A stretch of DNA of 64,000 nucleotides from Anaerolineae bacterium (GTDB lineage Bacteria > Chloroflexota > Anaerolineae > 4572-78 > NAK82). The translations under genes were made by a program, and so were the position numbers. This document shows, in pieces, positions 8,917-18,107 of the stretch; the first letter of the stretch is position 1, and each line of letters opens with the position of its first letter. The DNA lies in the NCBI GenBank assembly GCA_034436775.1, contig DAOTVI010000044.1:14058-78057 (forward strand). The letters run 5' to 3'. The notes beneath the pieces were generated by a model. The model searched no databases. It was given only the letters and a program-made list of their open reading frames with translations, and was not told the origin of the DNA.

Positions 8917-9603
8917 TCACCAAGGCTCTTCGCGCAACACGTAGCCCACCCCGCGCACTGTATGGATCAAACGCGTGCCACCTCCCTCTTCGGTCTTGGC
9001 GCGCAAATAGCGCACGTACACATCAATGATGTTCGACTCGCCGGCGAAATCATACGACCAGATGCGATCATAGATGAGGTCACGTGTCAACACCTGATTG
9101 GGATGACGCATAAAGAGCTCCAGGATGTCGAACTCCCGCGTGGTAAGATGGATGGGACGTCCCGCACGTGTACAGCGTCGCGTGACGGGGTCCAGCTCCA
9201 GGTCGGCGAAGCGCAGTGGCCCTTTGGTTTCAGCACGCGTTGCACGGCGCAACAGCGCGCGCAGGCGCGCCAGGAGCTCATCAAAGTCGAACGGCTTCAC
9301 CAAGTAGTCGTCGGCGCCGGCGTCCAAACCGGCCACGCGGTCAGGGATGGCATCGCGCGCGGTCAGCATCAGCACGGGCTCTGTGAAGCCGGCAGCGCGC
9401 AGCTGGCGGCACACCTCCAGTCCGTCTACGTCAGGCAACATCAGATCCAGGATGATAAGGTTCGGTGGGGCGCTAAGGGCCTTGCTGAGCGCTGTCTCGC
9501 CGTCGGGTGCCACCTCGACCTGATAACCTTCCATGCGCAGCGTGCGGCTGATCACACTGGCCACGCGCGCTTCATCTTCCACCAGCAAGATTTTCTCAGC
9601 CAT
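8917..9603 (-). CDS. OmpR-family response regulator
   Basis: The start is [11 protein letters not shown], preceded by GGAGGTGG. The receiver has DLMLPDVDG and the wHTH has [15 protein letters not shown]. The ORF track starts 8 codons earlier, at 9627. Confidence 0.92.
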   Translation of the reverse strand: MAEKILLVEDEARVASVISRTLRMEGYQVEVAPDGETALSKALSAPPNLIILDLMLPDVDGLEVCRQLRAAGFTEPVLMLTARDAIPDRVAGLDAGADDYLVKPFDFDELLARLRALLRRATRAETKGPLRFADLELDPVTRRCTRAGRPIHLTTREFDILELFMRHPNQVLTRDLIYDRIWSYDFAGESNIIDVYVRYLRAKTEEGGGTRLIHTVRGVGYVLREEPW

Positions 9604-9628
9604 ATTCCACCTCCACGAGCACTTCACT

Positions 9629-9658
9629 ATTATACGCTATGGGGCTTCCATTTGCCAT
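9629..9658 (-). promoter_or_regulatory. Putative sigma-70-type promoter of the response-regulator/kinase operon
   Basis: Minus strand: ATGGCA, 18-nt spacer, TATAAT, about 25 nt upstream of the start codon. Confidence 0.35.
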
Positions 9659-9832
9659 AATAACCTTAAAACTCGCCCCCGGGCCCTATTGCGTGATCTC
9701 AAGCGCATGGATCATAGCCTCTATTCCTGGGATGGTGCGGGCGGCCATCCACAATTTGTTGCGCTATAGGCCATTGTCGCATGCGCAACCTTAAATTTGG
9801 AGCCATACCTCCCTGAAACGGTGCAAACGGCA

Positions 9833-9861
9833 TTGACGCCGCCCCGCCCGTGTGCTAGAAT
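9833..9861 (+). promoter_or_regulatory. Putative strong promoter upstream of dnaA
   Basis: TTGACG, 17-nt spacer, TAGAAT with a TG extension (tgtgcTAGAAT). This would give a roughly 300-nt leader before dnaA. Confidence 0.45.
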
Positions 9862-10162
9862 CAACACTGCATATGCTCGCGCGTTGTACCCACCAGCACT
9901 CCAAAACGGGCAAGGCTGATGCTAGGCCTCAAGATGCTTAATACAGTTCCGCGCCTTGCCCCGTATGTGTTTGGCCAACTGATATCCGTTTTTTGCGCAT
10001 CAAAATAGCGATCTGATCAGACGGGCGTCCTATGTTGGTAATTGCATAGAGTTCTTTTGTCCTTTTCCGCCGCCGGTGGGCACGCTGGATACAGAGTAGC
10101 TAGTTGCATGAATCCACCGGCACATCAGAAGGGGATTTTCATGCATCCGACAGGTTGGGCAT

Positions 10163-11539
10163 ATGGTGAATCCACAGACAGCATGGCAAGCCGCTCTTGG
10201 CGAGCTGCAAATGCAGATGACCAAGGCAACCTTTGATACCTGGGTCAAACCAACCCATGCCATCGCCTACGAGGATGGCACCTTCATCATCGGTGTGCAA
10301 AACGGCTACGCTAAGGATTGGCTGGAAAACCGACTGATGGGGGTCATCAAGCGCACACTGACCGGCATTCTCAACCGCTCGGTCGAGGTGCGCTTTGTGG
10401 TACAGGCGCAGCCCCTTCGCCCATCACCGCCACCGCCGGCGTTAGAACTGCGTCCCCCCAATAACGATGAGCGCAAAGTGAACACGATGCCTGAGAATCG
10501 GTCGGATTTCGGCAGTGTGTCACGCTTCGCCCTTAATGGGCGTTACACCTTCGACCGCTTTATCGTGGGCAGCTCGAACCGTTTGGCCTATGCAGCCTGC
10601 CTGGCGGTGGCGGAAAATCCGGCTCGCGCTTATAACCCCTTGTTTATCTACGGTGGCGTGGGGTTGGGCAAAACACACCTCCTCCAGGCGATCGGCAATT
10701 ACGCTCAGGAACATCATCGAAGAGTGCTCTATGTATCCTCTGAAACCTTTACCAACGACCTGATCAACGCCATTCGCACGCGTTCCACCGAGGCGTTTCG
10801 CGAGTGTTATCGCAGCGCGGATTTTCTTCTGGTGGACGATATCCAGTTCATCGCCGGCAAGGAAAGCACCCAAGAGGAATTTTTCCACACCTTCAACGCA
10901 TTGCATTCCTCCGGGCGGCAGATTGTCATGTCGAGTGACCGTCCCCCTCAGGCAATCACCACGCTGGAAGAGCGTCTGGCGTCGCGCTTCCAGTGGGGGC
11001 TGATCGCCGACATCCAACCGCCCGACCTGGAACTGCGCATCGCCATTCTGCGTGCCAAAGCAGAGATGCACGGGGCACACTTGCCCGATGATGTGGTCTA
11101 TTTCATCGCCGGACAGATGCAGAACAACATCCGCGAGCTCGAAGGCGCCCTCAACCGCGTTTTGGCGCATGCCCAGCTGAGCGGCGAGAAAATCACTCTG
11201 GCGATGGCACAAAGCACCCTGAGCAATCTGGTAGAACGCAAGCGACGCGTCAGCATCGATGAGATCATCGCCGCCGTGTCGGCCCACTATGGCATCTCAA
11301 AGGAAGAACTGCTCGGCCACAATCGCCACAAGGAGGTGGTCGTGCCACGCCAGATGGTGATGTACCTGGCACGTCAGGAAGCCGGCGCCTCGCTGCCCGA
11401 AATCGGCCAGGCCCTGGGAGGGCGCGACCACACCACCATCCTGCACGGCGCGCAGAAGATCGCCTGCGAGATCGAGCGCAAGGAGACACTGCGCCGTGAT
11501 ATGATGAACATTCGCGAGCGCCTGTACCGTGAGCGCTAG
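10163..11539 (+). CDS. dnaA: Chromosomal replication initiator DnaA
   Basis: The N-terminus is WQAALGELQMQMTKATFDTWVKP. The AAA+ core has YNPLFIYGGVGLGKTHLL and LLVDDIQF. Domain IV is the DNA-binding part (VVPRQMVMYLARQ..SLPEIGQALGGRDHTTILHG). Confidence 0.97.
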   Translation: MVNPQTAWQAALGELQMQMTKATFDTWVKPTHAIAYEDGTFIIGVQNGYAKDWLENRLMGVIKRTLTGILNRSVEVRFVVQAQPLRPSPPPPALELRPPNNDERKVNTMPENRSDFGSVSRFALNGRYTFDRFIVGSSNRLAYAACLAVAENPARAYNPLFIYGGVGLGKTHLLQAIGNYAQEHHRRVLYVSSETFTNDLINAIRTRSTEAFRECYRSADFLLVDDIQFIAGKESTQEEFFHTFNALHSSGRQIVMSSDRPPQAITTLEERLASRFQWGLIADIQPPDLELRIAILRAKAEMHGAHLPDDVVYFIAGQMQNNIRELEGALNRVLAHAQLSGEKITLAMAQSTLSNLVERKRRVSIDEIIAAVSAHYGISKEELLGHNRHKEVVVPRQMVMYLARQEAGASLPEIGQALGGRDHTTILHGAQKIACEIERKETLRRDMMNIRERLYRER

Positions 11540-11604
11540 AAACCCTTAGCCCGATCCGCGCGCGTCCACTAGGGGTCTACATCCCTGGGAGGAACACAAG
11601 AGAA

Positions 11605-12882
11605 ATGGACGAAGCGATTCGAGAGCGATTGCGCATTGCCTCGCATCGGCTGGAGGCGATCAATGCGCTGTTACTCGACCCGCAAAGCCGGGTCATCACC
11701 GACTTCCTCGCGGTGGTGGCCAAATATGGCTCAGTGGAAGAGATCAACCGCAAGGCGGAAGAGGCGCGCCGATTGCCCAACCTGTTGGCACGTTTGAAGG
11801 AGATCGGCTCGCCTTATCTGGACGATCTCCACTGGCTGATCGAGCAGCGTGACCGCGGCGCTTTCATCAGCGCGGCCGAGTATCGGCGCGCGGTGCTGGG
11901 CGAGCGCGCGGAGCAGATGCCGTTCGACGACCGCCTGGCAGTGGTGCTGGAGATCAGCGCCTTGCAGTATTTCCCCTGGCTGATCCGCCAGGCACAACAG
12001 GCGATCGAACGTCGTGAGCTGATGCCGGGGCGTTACATCCGCGTGCGCAAGATGAAAGAGCAGGAGCGCGACAATGGCGACATTCTGGCGGTCGCCGCGG
12101 CTATGCAGATCATCGGCGCCAGCTACGTCGAGACGCTGGACACGCGCGGCACCGATGGCGCCAACATCCACCTGGGCGGCCCCGAGACGATCACCGGCTA
12201 TTTCGGCGGGGTGGGCCAGCCCAACGATTACGCGCTGAAATGGCTGGACGAGTACCTGTATTACTACACCACCTACGGCATCAAGCAAGTGCTCAACGTC
12301 AACCCAGGTACCGTTTTGCTGGGATACTTGTTGCACAAGTTGGGCATCGACAACGAGTTCAAGATCTCCGTCTTCATGGGCAATGACAACCCTTACGCGG
12401 CGCTGTGGACGCTCATCGGGGCACATCTCTTCGCCCGCGAGGATGGCAGCGTGCCGTTGGTCGGCTTCAACTGGAGCAATAGCGTCAACAATCAGACCAT
12501 CGAGATCACCGCACAGGTGCGCAAGAGTTTGGGCCTTGAAGAGCTGGTGCGCTTTGAGCACCACATCACGGAGACATGGAAATCTATCGTGCGTCAGCCC
12601 TACCTGCGCCGTGACGAGCTGGTGGAGCTGGCGGCGCGGGTGCCGAACATCGCCGCCAAACACGAAGGCGGCGACCCCGAAGTAGAACAGACGCGTGCCC
12701 ACCCTTCGGACATCTTGGACTACTTTCGGGACAAGGCGGAGATCGAAGCGAGCGGCGATATGGCATGCCTGGAGCGCAACTATCTGGACAAGCACGATGC
12801 GCTCAACCGCACGGCGCGTGCCCTCACCGAGCATGGAATCGCCTTCGTCGCGGCGCGCCACCTGCATGAACGTCCGGCATAA
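11605..12882 (+). CDS. Conserved-looking hypothetical protein (425 aa), family not recognised
   Basis: It has a good SD (GGGAGGAA) and a natural amino-acid composition (K/E/D/Y/N-rich), unlike the overlapping antisense ORF 11731..12897. I could identify no motif. Confidence 0.7.
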   Translation: MDEAIRERLRIASHRLEAINALLLDPQSRVITDFLAVVAKYGSVEEINRKAEEARRLPNLLARLKEIGSPYLDDLHWLIEQRDRGAFISAAEYRRAVLGERAEQMPFDDRLAVVLEISALQYFPWLIRQAQQAIERRELMPGRYIRVRKMKEQERDNGDILAVAAAMQIIGASYVETLDTRGTDGANIHLGGPETITGYFGGVGQPNDYALKWLDEYLYYYTTYGIKQVLNVNPGTVLLGYLLHKLGIDNEFKISVFMGNDNPYAALWTLIGAHLFAREDGSVPLVGFNWSNSVNNQTIEITAQVRKSLGLEELVRFEHHITETWKSIVRQPYLRRDELVELAARVPNIAAKHEGGDPEVEQTRAHPSDILDYFRDKAEIEASGDMACLERNYLDKHDALNRTARALTEHGIAFVAARHLHERPA

Positions 12883-13105
12883 TGGCACGTTGGACATGCG
12901 AGCGGGAATGCAAGCCGTGTGCCCAAGGGGTCTGAGGCCGGAAAACTTGGCCTTTGCAGCCAGCCCTGCCGGGTCACAGAAGCGCAGCGCTAGGCGGCGG
13001 GTAGAAGCGCCGCCGAGTCCAGATGCGCGGTGGGGGCAAAGGGCAACGCAATGAACCTTGCACCTTGCCTTTCCCCAAAATGCGCCACGTCGGCTGAGCA
13101 GGCGT

Positions 13106-14737
13106 CTATGGCCGGTCTGTCACTCCCAGGCCGCGCAGGCTGTCCTCCACCGTCAGCCAGCCACGCCCCGGGAAGAGACGCGCCATTTGCGGGGCGAACA
13201 GCGGCGAAGCGCCCATCACCTCGGCCGGCGCGCCCTCGGCAATGAGCTCGCCCTGGCTGATCAACGCCACCCGATCCGCCGTGCGCGCGGCAAATTCGAC
13301 ATCGTGCGTCACCACCAGGATCGCCATGCCGGCATCGCGCCAGCTGCGTAGCAGTGCGCTCAACGCCTCCTTGGCGGCATAGTCCAGCCCGCGCGTGGGC
13401 TCATCGAGCAGCAGTGCGACCGGCTGCGTCACCGTGATGGCGCCCAGTGCCACCCGTTGGCGTTCACCCACGCTCAGGTCACGCGGATAGCGCCCGGCAT
13501 GCGCGCTCAAGCCCAACTGGGCAAGCAGGGGTTCGATCGTCGCATCGCGCTCCAGCAAACCATGATTGCGCAGCGTGATCTCCAACTCCTGGCGCACCGT
13601 GTCGGCGAAGAGGAGCATGTCCGCCTCCTGAGGCAGGTAGCCCACCCGCCGGCAGATCGTGGCGACATCCTCACCGGTCACCTCGCGCCCGTCCACCCAC
13701 ACTTGCCCGGACGTGGGCCGCACCAGCCCCACTAATGTCTTGAGCAGGGTGGTCTTGCCCGATCCGTTGCGTCCCATCAGCACTAAGATCTCGCCGCGCT
13801 GCACCTCCAGGCTGATGTCGCGCAACACAGGTTGCTGATCGTAATGCACCCAAACGCGCCGCAACGCCAAGCGCGCTTCTCCGTGCCGTGGTGCAGCGGT
13901 CGGGGGCGGGGCGAGCGGGATGCGTTCCGCCAGCGCACGGCTGAAGTGCAGCCCCTCTTTCGTTGTCAGGGGCAGCGGCTGCCAGTTCAGCTGCCTGGCC
14001 AACGCGACCAGGGGCGGGAGCAATTCCAATTGGGGCAACACCTCGCGCGTCGCGCCGCACAGGACACCACGCGCACCGTCCGCCGTATCGGGCAACGCGA
14101 TTACGTGATCGGCATACTGCAGCACGCGTTCCAGCCGGTGTTCCGCCAGGAGTATGGTCAGCCCCAGGTCGTGGTTGAGGCGCACCAGTGCATTGAGCAC
14201 GTCCTCGGCGGATTGGGGGTCGAGCTGGGAGGTCGGCTCGTCGAGCACCAGCACGCGTGGCCGGAATGCTAATGCCGCAGCAATCGCCACGCGCTGGCGC
14301 TCGCCACCCGAAAGCGTCTCCAGCTTGCGCTCGCGCAGCGCCGCCAGGTCGAGCAAATCCAGCACCTCCTCGACGCGCACGCGCATCTCCTGGCGAGGCA
14401 TGGCAGCGTTTTCCAGCGCGAAGGCGATCTCATCCTCCACTCGATCCAGGACGAACTGGGCTTCCGGATTTTGGAACACGAAGCCGACATAGCGGCTCAT
14501 CACGCGCGGTGTCGCCGACAATGGGTCGAGGCCGGCGACGGCCAGGCGGCCGGCGAAGGTGCCGCCGCTGAAGTGGGGCACCAACCCGTTGACGCAGCGC
14601 AACAGGGTGGATTTGCCGGCGCCGGAACGTCCCACCACCAGGGCGAAGGTCGCTTCGGGCAGGTGGAAGTCCACATGGCGCAGCGCAGGCCGTGTTGCGC
14701 CGGGATAGGTGTAGCTGACATCGCGGAAGATGATCAT
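13106..14737 (-). CDS. ecfA: ECF transporter ATPase, fused tandem EcfA-EcfA
   Basis: There are two complete ABC cassettes: [11 protein letters not shown] with [15 protein letters not shown], and [11 protein letters not shown] with [13 protein letters not shown]. The likely start is MIIFRDVSY at 14737, forming an ATGA overlap with the ecfT stop. The ORF track starts at 14767. Confidence 0.9.
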   Translation of the reverse strand: MIIFRDVSYTYPGATRPALRHVDFHLPEATFALVVGRSGAGKSTLLRCVNGLVPHFSGGTFAGRLAVAGLDPLSATPRVMSRYVGFVFQNPEAQFVLDRVEDEIAFALENAAMPRQEMRVRVEEVLDLLDLAALRERKLETLSGGERQRVAIAAALAFRPRVLVLDEPTSQLDPQSAEDVLNALVRLNHDLGLTILLAEHRLERVLQYADHVIALPDTADGARGVLCGATREVLPQLELLPPLVALARQLNWQPLPLTTKEGLHFSRALAERIPLAPPPTAAPRHGEARLALRRVWVHYDQQPVLRDISLEVQRGEILVLMGRNGSGKTTLLKTLVGLVRPTSGQVWVDGREVTGEDVATICRRVGYLPQEADMLLFADTVRQELEITLRNHGLLERDATIEPLLAQLGLSAHAGRYPRDLSVGERQRVALGAITVTQPVALLLDEPTRGLDYAAKEALSALLRSWRDAGMAILVVTHDVEFAARTADRVALISQGELIAEGAPAEVMGASPLFAPQMARLFPGRGWLTVEDSLRGLGVTDRP

Positions 14738-15924
14738 TGCGGTTCTCCCGTGGGCACCGGTGGGCACTCCACATCCGGCTGACGCACTGCTACAGACAAG
14801 GCGTGCGACGGCATGCTCCCCACCTTGCTCCTCTCCTGTACAGTTGCATCGCGCTTGAGCACCTCGTCCTCACCCGGCGTGCGGCGGAAGAGCCACGCGC
14901 GCTGCGTCGGCGCGGTGAGCAGGGCCGGCGCCAGCAGACCACCCAGCGCCAGCGCGATCCATCCATTGAACCCGGGCGCCGCCAACGCGGGATAGGGGTA
15001 GAAGAAGATGGAGCTTCGATCCAGCCCGGGCCACGCCACCAGGAAGACGGCGGCAGCGATGCCACTCGCCAGTGCAACGGCGCTGTCGCGGGGATACCAG
15101 CGCGTCGGGCGATACGTGGTGCGCGGCCGCTGCCGCCCCAGCCACCATAAACTCGCCACCACCGCACTGCCACCCAACACCATCAGCGTGATGCCGAGCG
15201 TGCGTTGCCGCCAACCCAGCCAGAGCAGCCAGCCGAAGAGCAGGGCGAGCAACCCACCTGCGATAAGCGTGCGGGCACGCCGTGCGCCCGCCGTCTCCTG
15301 CGCGCCGGCAAATCCGCGCGCCGTCATCGCCTCGGCCAGCTGGAAGGCGTGCTCCAACCCGCCGACCAGCAGTGGGAGGAACAACGGCAGCCAGTCGCGC
15401 AGGCCGCGGATGCGATGCCCCCGGATCGCCTGCGCTTCGCGGATCTGTTGCCAATGGCGCAGCGTGACCGGCACAAAGGTTAGCGCGATCGAAGTCACCA
15501 CCGCCACCGGGAAGAAGGCGCGCGGGATCAACCCGACCAGCGCCCGCACCGCCACCGCACCATTGAGCACCACGAAGGCAGCGTAGATGCCGGTCAGCGC
15601 CAGGCCGTTGAGCGCGCCGAACGTGAGCGCCTCGAGCGTAATCGGCCCGCCCAGCAGAGGCAACGTGGCAGGCAGGCGCAGCAGCACGGTGCGCCCGATG
15701 TGCACCGTGAGCGCATTGAACAATGCGGCGAGCGGCAGCACCACCAGGCCAAAGCGCAGTGGCGACAGAGGCATGGGGGGAGCGTCCACCGTGCGGCGGC
15801 GCAGGCACAGCAGCACAACGGCCGCACAGGCGATGGCAATCGCCAGGTAGAACGGATTGCGCGTCGCCGACAGCACGGCGAGCTCCGCTGCCAGCCAGAT
15901 TAGCCACGCCAGGGGATGGATCAT
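14734..15924 (-). CDS. ecfT: ECF transporter transmembrane (T) component with a long C-terminal extension
   Basis: The start [14 protein letters not shown] at 15924 forms an ATGA overlap with the upstream stop. It is a multi-TM protein with a CbiQ/EcfT-type coupling motif, [11 protein letters not shown]. The ORF-track N-terminus (16164) overlaps the upstream gene. Confidence 0.8.
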   Translation of the reverse strand: MIHPLAWLIWLAAELAVLSATRNPFYLAIAIACAAVVLLCLRRRTVDAPPMPLSPLRFGLVVLPLAALFNALTVHIGRTVLLRLPATLPLLGGPITLEALTFGALNGLALTGIYAAFVVLNGAVAVRALVGLIPRAFFPVAVVTSIALTFVPVTLRHWQQIREAQAIRGHRIRGLRDWLPLFLPLLVGGLEHAFQLAEAMTARGFAGAQETAGARRARTLIAGGLLALLFGWLLWLGWRQRTLGITLMVLGGSAVVASLWWLGRQRPRTTYRPTRWYPRDSAVALASGIAAAVFLVAWPGLDRSSIFFYPYPALAAPGFNGWIALALGGLLAPALLTAPTQRAWLFRRTPGEDEVLKRDATVQERSKVGSMPSHALSVAVRQPDVECPPVPTGEPQ

Positions 15925-16748
15925 ATGCCCACCTGCTCCATAGGTCGGTAGGTGAAGGTGAAGCGCTGCTGGAAACGGCGCAGCACGCGCAATGTGGGCA
16001 GCGCAAAGGCGAACATCAGCAGCATGTTGCCGGCCAGCCGCATCGCATCCCACGCCAGCGAAGTGGCCAGGTAGAAGGCGGCATAGCGCATCACCCCGTC
16101 CGTCCAATGCATGCCGGGTTGCCAATGCTGTTCCTGTGGCCCGACGGCATAGGGCCAGAACCATAGATTCATAATTGCGCCGTAGACCAGCCCCCAGACG
16201 CCGGCGAAAAGCGCCAACACGACCACCTCACGCCACGTCCCCTCGCCGCGCAGCACACGCACCGCCGGCCGACAGAGCGGCGCCGACATACCCATCCAGC
16301 CAGCCGTGAACATCTGGTAGGGCAGCCATGGCCCGACGCCGCCCGTGATCAGCGCGGAGACGAACAGCGTCAGGGCACCCATCAGGAAGCCGAAGCGCCC
16401 GCCCATCACATAGCCCGTCGTCGCGATCAGGAAGAAGATCGGGCTGAAGCCACCCGGGCCAGGTGCAGCCACCTCGACAAAGCGCAATAGGGCGTTAATT
16501 GAGACGAGCACGCCGAGCAGTGCGATCATCTTGGCACTGCCTGCCTGTGCCTGTGCTTCTACCAGCAGCGCAGCGAAGCAGATGCCCACCAAAACGGTTA
16601 ACAGCAGCGGCGCATCCTGGGCATGCGCCGATCCCATCACCGCCTCCTTGGGCAGCATCGGCAAAAAGAAGGGATAAAGGAAGGCGATCACCCCAATGGA
16701 TGCGCTTGTCAGGTAGATCACCCAACGCGTTATCGCAGCACGCATCAT
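15921..16748 (-). CDS. Polytopic membrane protein, probable ECF substrate-capture (S) component
   Basis: 275 aa and highly hydrophobic with about 6-7 TM segments. It is translationally coupled on both sides (ATGA overlaps) between the surface proteins and ecfT. The role is inferred from position. Confidence 0.65.
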   Translation of the reverse strand: MMRAAITRWVIYLTSASIGVIAFLYPFFLPMLPKEAVMGSAHAQDAPLLLTVLVGICFAALLVEAQAQAGSAKMIALLGVLVSINALLRFVEVAAPGPGGFSPIFFLIATTGYVMGGRFGFLMGALTLFVSALITGGVGPWLPYQMFTAGWMGMSAPLCRPAVRVLRGEGTWREVVVLALFAGVWGLVYGAIMNLWFWPYAVGPQEQHWQPGMHWTDGVMRYAAFYLATSLAWDAMRLAGNMLLMFAFALPTLRVLRRFQQRFTFTYRPMEQVGI

Positions 16749-18076
16749 CCCCGCCGTCCTGTGCGACGCCGCGCGTTCGTATCCTGGCGCACCACACTTG
16801 GCCCTGGTCGGCGGCTGTCCGTCCAGCGCATCATCAGCCCTATCAGGATCAGAGCAATCACTCCCCCGACGAGCGACAGGATGCCGATCAGCACCAACTG
16901 CTGCGCCGTGGTATCGGCCACATCGCGTAAGGGTTGCGTGCGCACCAGCACCTCCGGCGTAGTGTGGAGGAACAGCGCGGGTGTCGCGCGCACCGCTGCA
17001 AGCGCAACGGGTGTATAAGTGGGCGTGGCAGTGCGCGTCGGCGTGGGAGTGATGGTGGGCAGACGGCCGACGGGCGGTTGCACCGTAGCCACAACTTGAG
17101 CGATTGGAATTTCTGTCGGCGTGGGAACATCCATGGGCCGGGGCGTCAGTGTGTCGGTTGGCAAAGGAGTCGGCGCAGGCAGCGACGTCTCGGTGGGTGT
17201 CGGCGAGGGCGTGTCGGTCGGCGTGGGCGTCGGAATGGCCGGTATCACTTCGATCTTCACCTTTTTCTTGACTTCGCCGTTTTTGTTGCGGGCGAGCAAC
17301 ACGTATTCGGTGGTGGTTGATGGTGTCACTACCATGCTATAAGGCGCAATAACCCCCTGTTCCTGATCTCCCACACGCAAATAGGCTTCTTTGGCGCCGT
17401 GTAAATCCCAGCTGAGCGTGACACTTTCGCCCGCGATAATCGTGGTCCGGTCGGCGGTGAAGTAATCAATCGTGGGTAGATTTTTCTTCTTGGAAGTTGG
17501 TGTCTCTATAGGAGATGGCGCAACAGGTGCAGGTTGTGGAGACGATTGTGGATTGCAGATCTCCTCAAAGCGCACCGTAGGTGGTCGTTGGCTCGAAAAA
17601 CCGTATTCGCCCTCGCCCCACACCCAGCCTTCGACGTCGCCATTGCGTACCCAATAATTGGAAGCGCCCAATGTCGAGTACTGCCACTCGCCGTTCACCA
17701 GGTGCCAGTAAGACCAGTAAATGCAGGGCGAGCCTTGACACCGACAGAAGCAGTCCTCGGCCGGATAGTTGCAGCCGCGGTTATCGAGACTGCAGATGGC
17801 CACCCCCATCGCGCTGGGCATCGGGATCAGCGCTAAGCCGGAGCGTTCCAGAACATCATAACCTGAGATTTGCGCTTCGTCGAACGTGATGCATTTCTTG
17901 ATTATCTTGCCATCGTGCACCACTATCAAGCCAACGCGATTGGGGGACTGGGCGCTCATCCCATCAGCGCACGGGATGAACAGCACCAATGCCAGACAGG
18001 CCAGGATCCATACGATCCGTCGCGCTTGTGTGGCGATGTGGTGTTGTCTAATTCGGGCGCTGTGTTTTATGAGCAC
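16745..18076 (-). CDS. Secreted, C-terminally membrane-anchored protein: DUF4430-like (transcobalamin beta-domain-like) module, Ig-like domain, Pro/Thr-rich linker
   Basis: There is an N-terminal signal/TM (IVWILACLALVLFIPCADG). The DUF4430-type pattern is ISGYDVLERSGL..GVAICSLDN..IYWSYWHLVNGEWQYS..VRNGDVEGWVWG. The PT-rich linker is followed by a C-terminal TM, LVLIGILSLVGGVIALILIGLMM. Confidence 0.75.
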   Translation of the reverse strand: MLIKHSARIRQHHIATQARRIVWILACLALVLFIPCADGMSAQSPNRVGLIVVHDGKIIKKCITFDEAQISGYDVLERSGLALIPMPSAMGVAICSLDNRGCNYPAEDCFCRCQGSPCIYWSYWHLVNGEWQYSTLGASNYWVRNGDVEGWVWGEGEYGFSSQRPPTVRFEEICNPQSSPQPAPVAPSPIETPTSKKKNLPTIDYFTADRTTIIAGESVTLSWDLHGAKEAYLRVGDQEQGVIAPYSMVVTPSTTTEYVLLARNKNGEVKKKVKIEVIPAIPTPTPTDTPSPTPTETSLPAPTPLPTDTLTPRPMDVPTPTEIPIAQVVATVQPPVGRLPTITPTPTRTATPTYTPVALAAVRATPALFLHTTPEVLVRTQPLRDVADTTAQQLVLIGILSLVGGVIALILIGLMMRWTDSRRPGPSVVRQDTNARRRTGRRG

Positions 18077-18107
18077 GCAATTGCCTCCGGGTTACCTCAG
18101 CGCTGTC

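Noticed and set aside
9745-10176. Calling oriC as a feature
   Set aside because: There are only three 6-7/9 matches to the DnaA-box consensus and no convincing AT-rich unwinding element. GC skew cannot be computed here, so it is kept as a hypothesis in the findings only.
12990-13016. Hairpin GGCGGCG-ggtagaag-CGCCGCC between the convergent genes 11605..12882 and ecfA, considered as a terminator
   Set aside because: The stem is short with no flanking T/A tracts on either strand, which is too weak to call.
15925-16164. 80-codon N-terminal extension of the EcfT ORF, and likewise 51214..51663 for mrpC, 53951..54046 for mrpA and 54438..54602 for the Zn peptidase
   Set aside because: The extensions overlap upstream genes or intergenic repeats and have an implausible composition. 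The internal starts have coupling overlaps or SD sequences.
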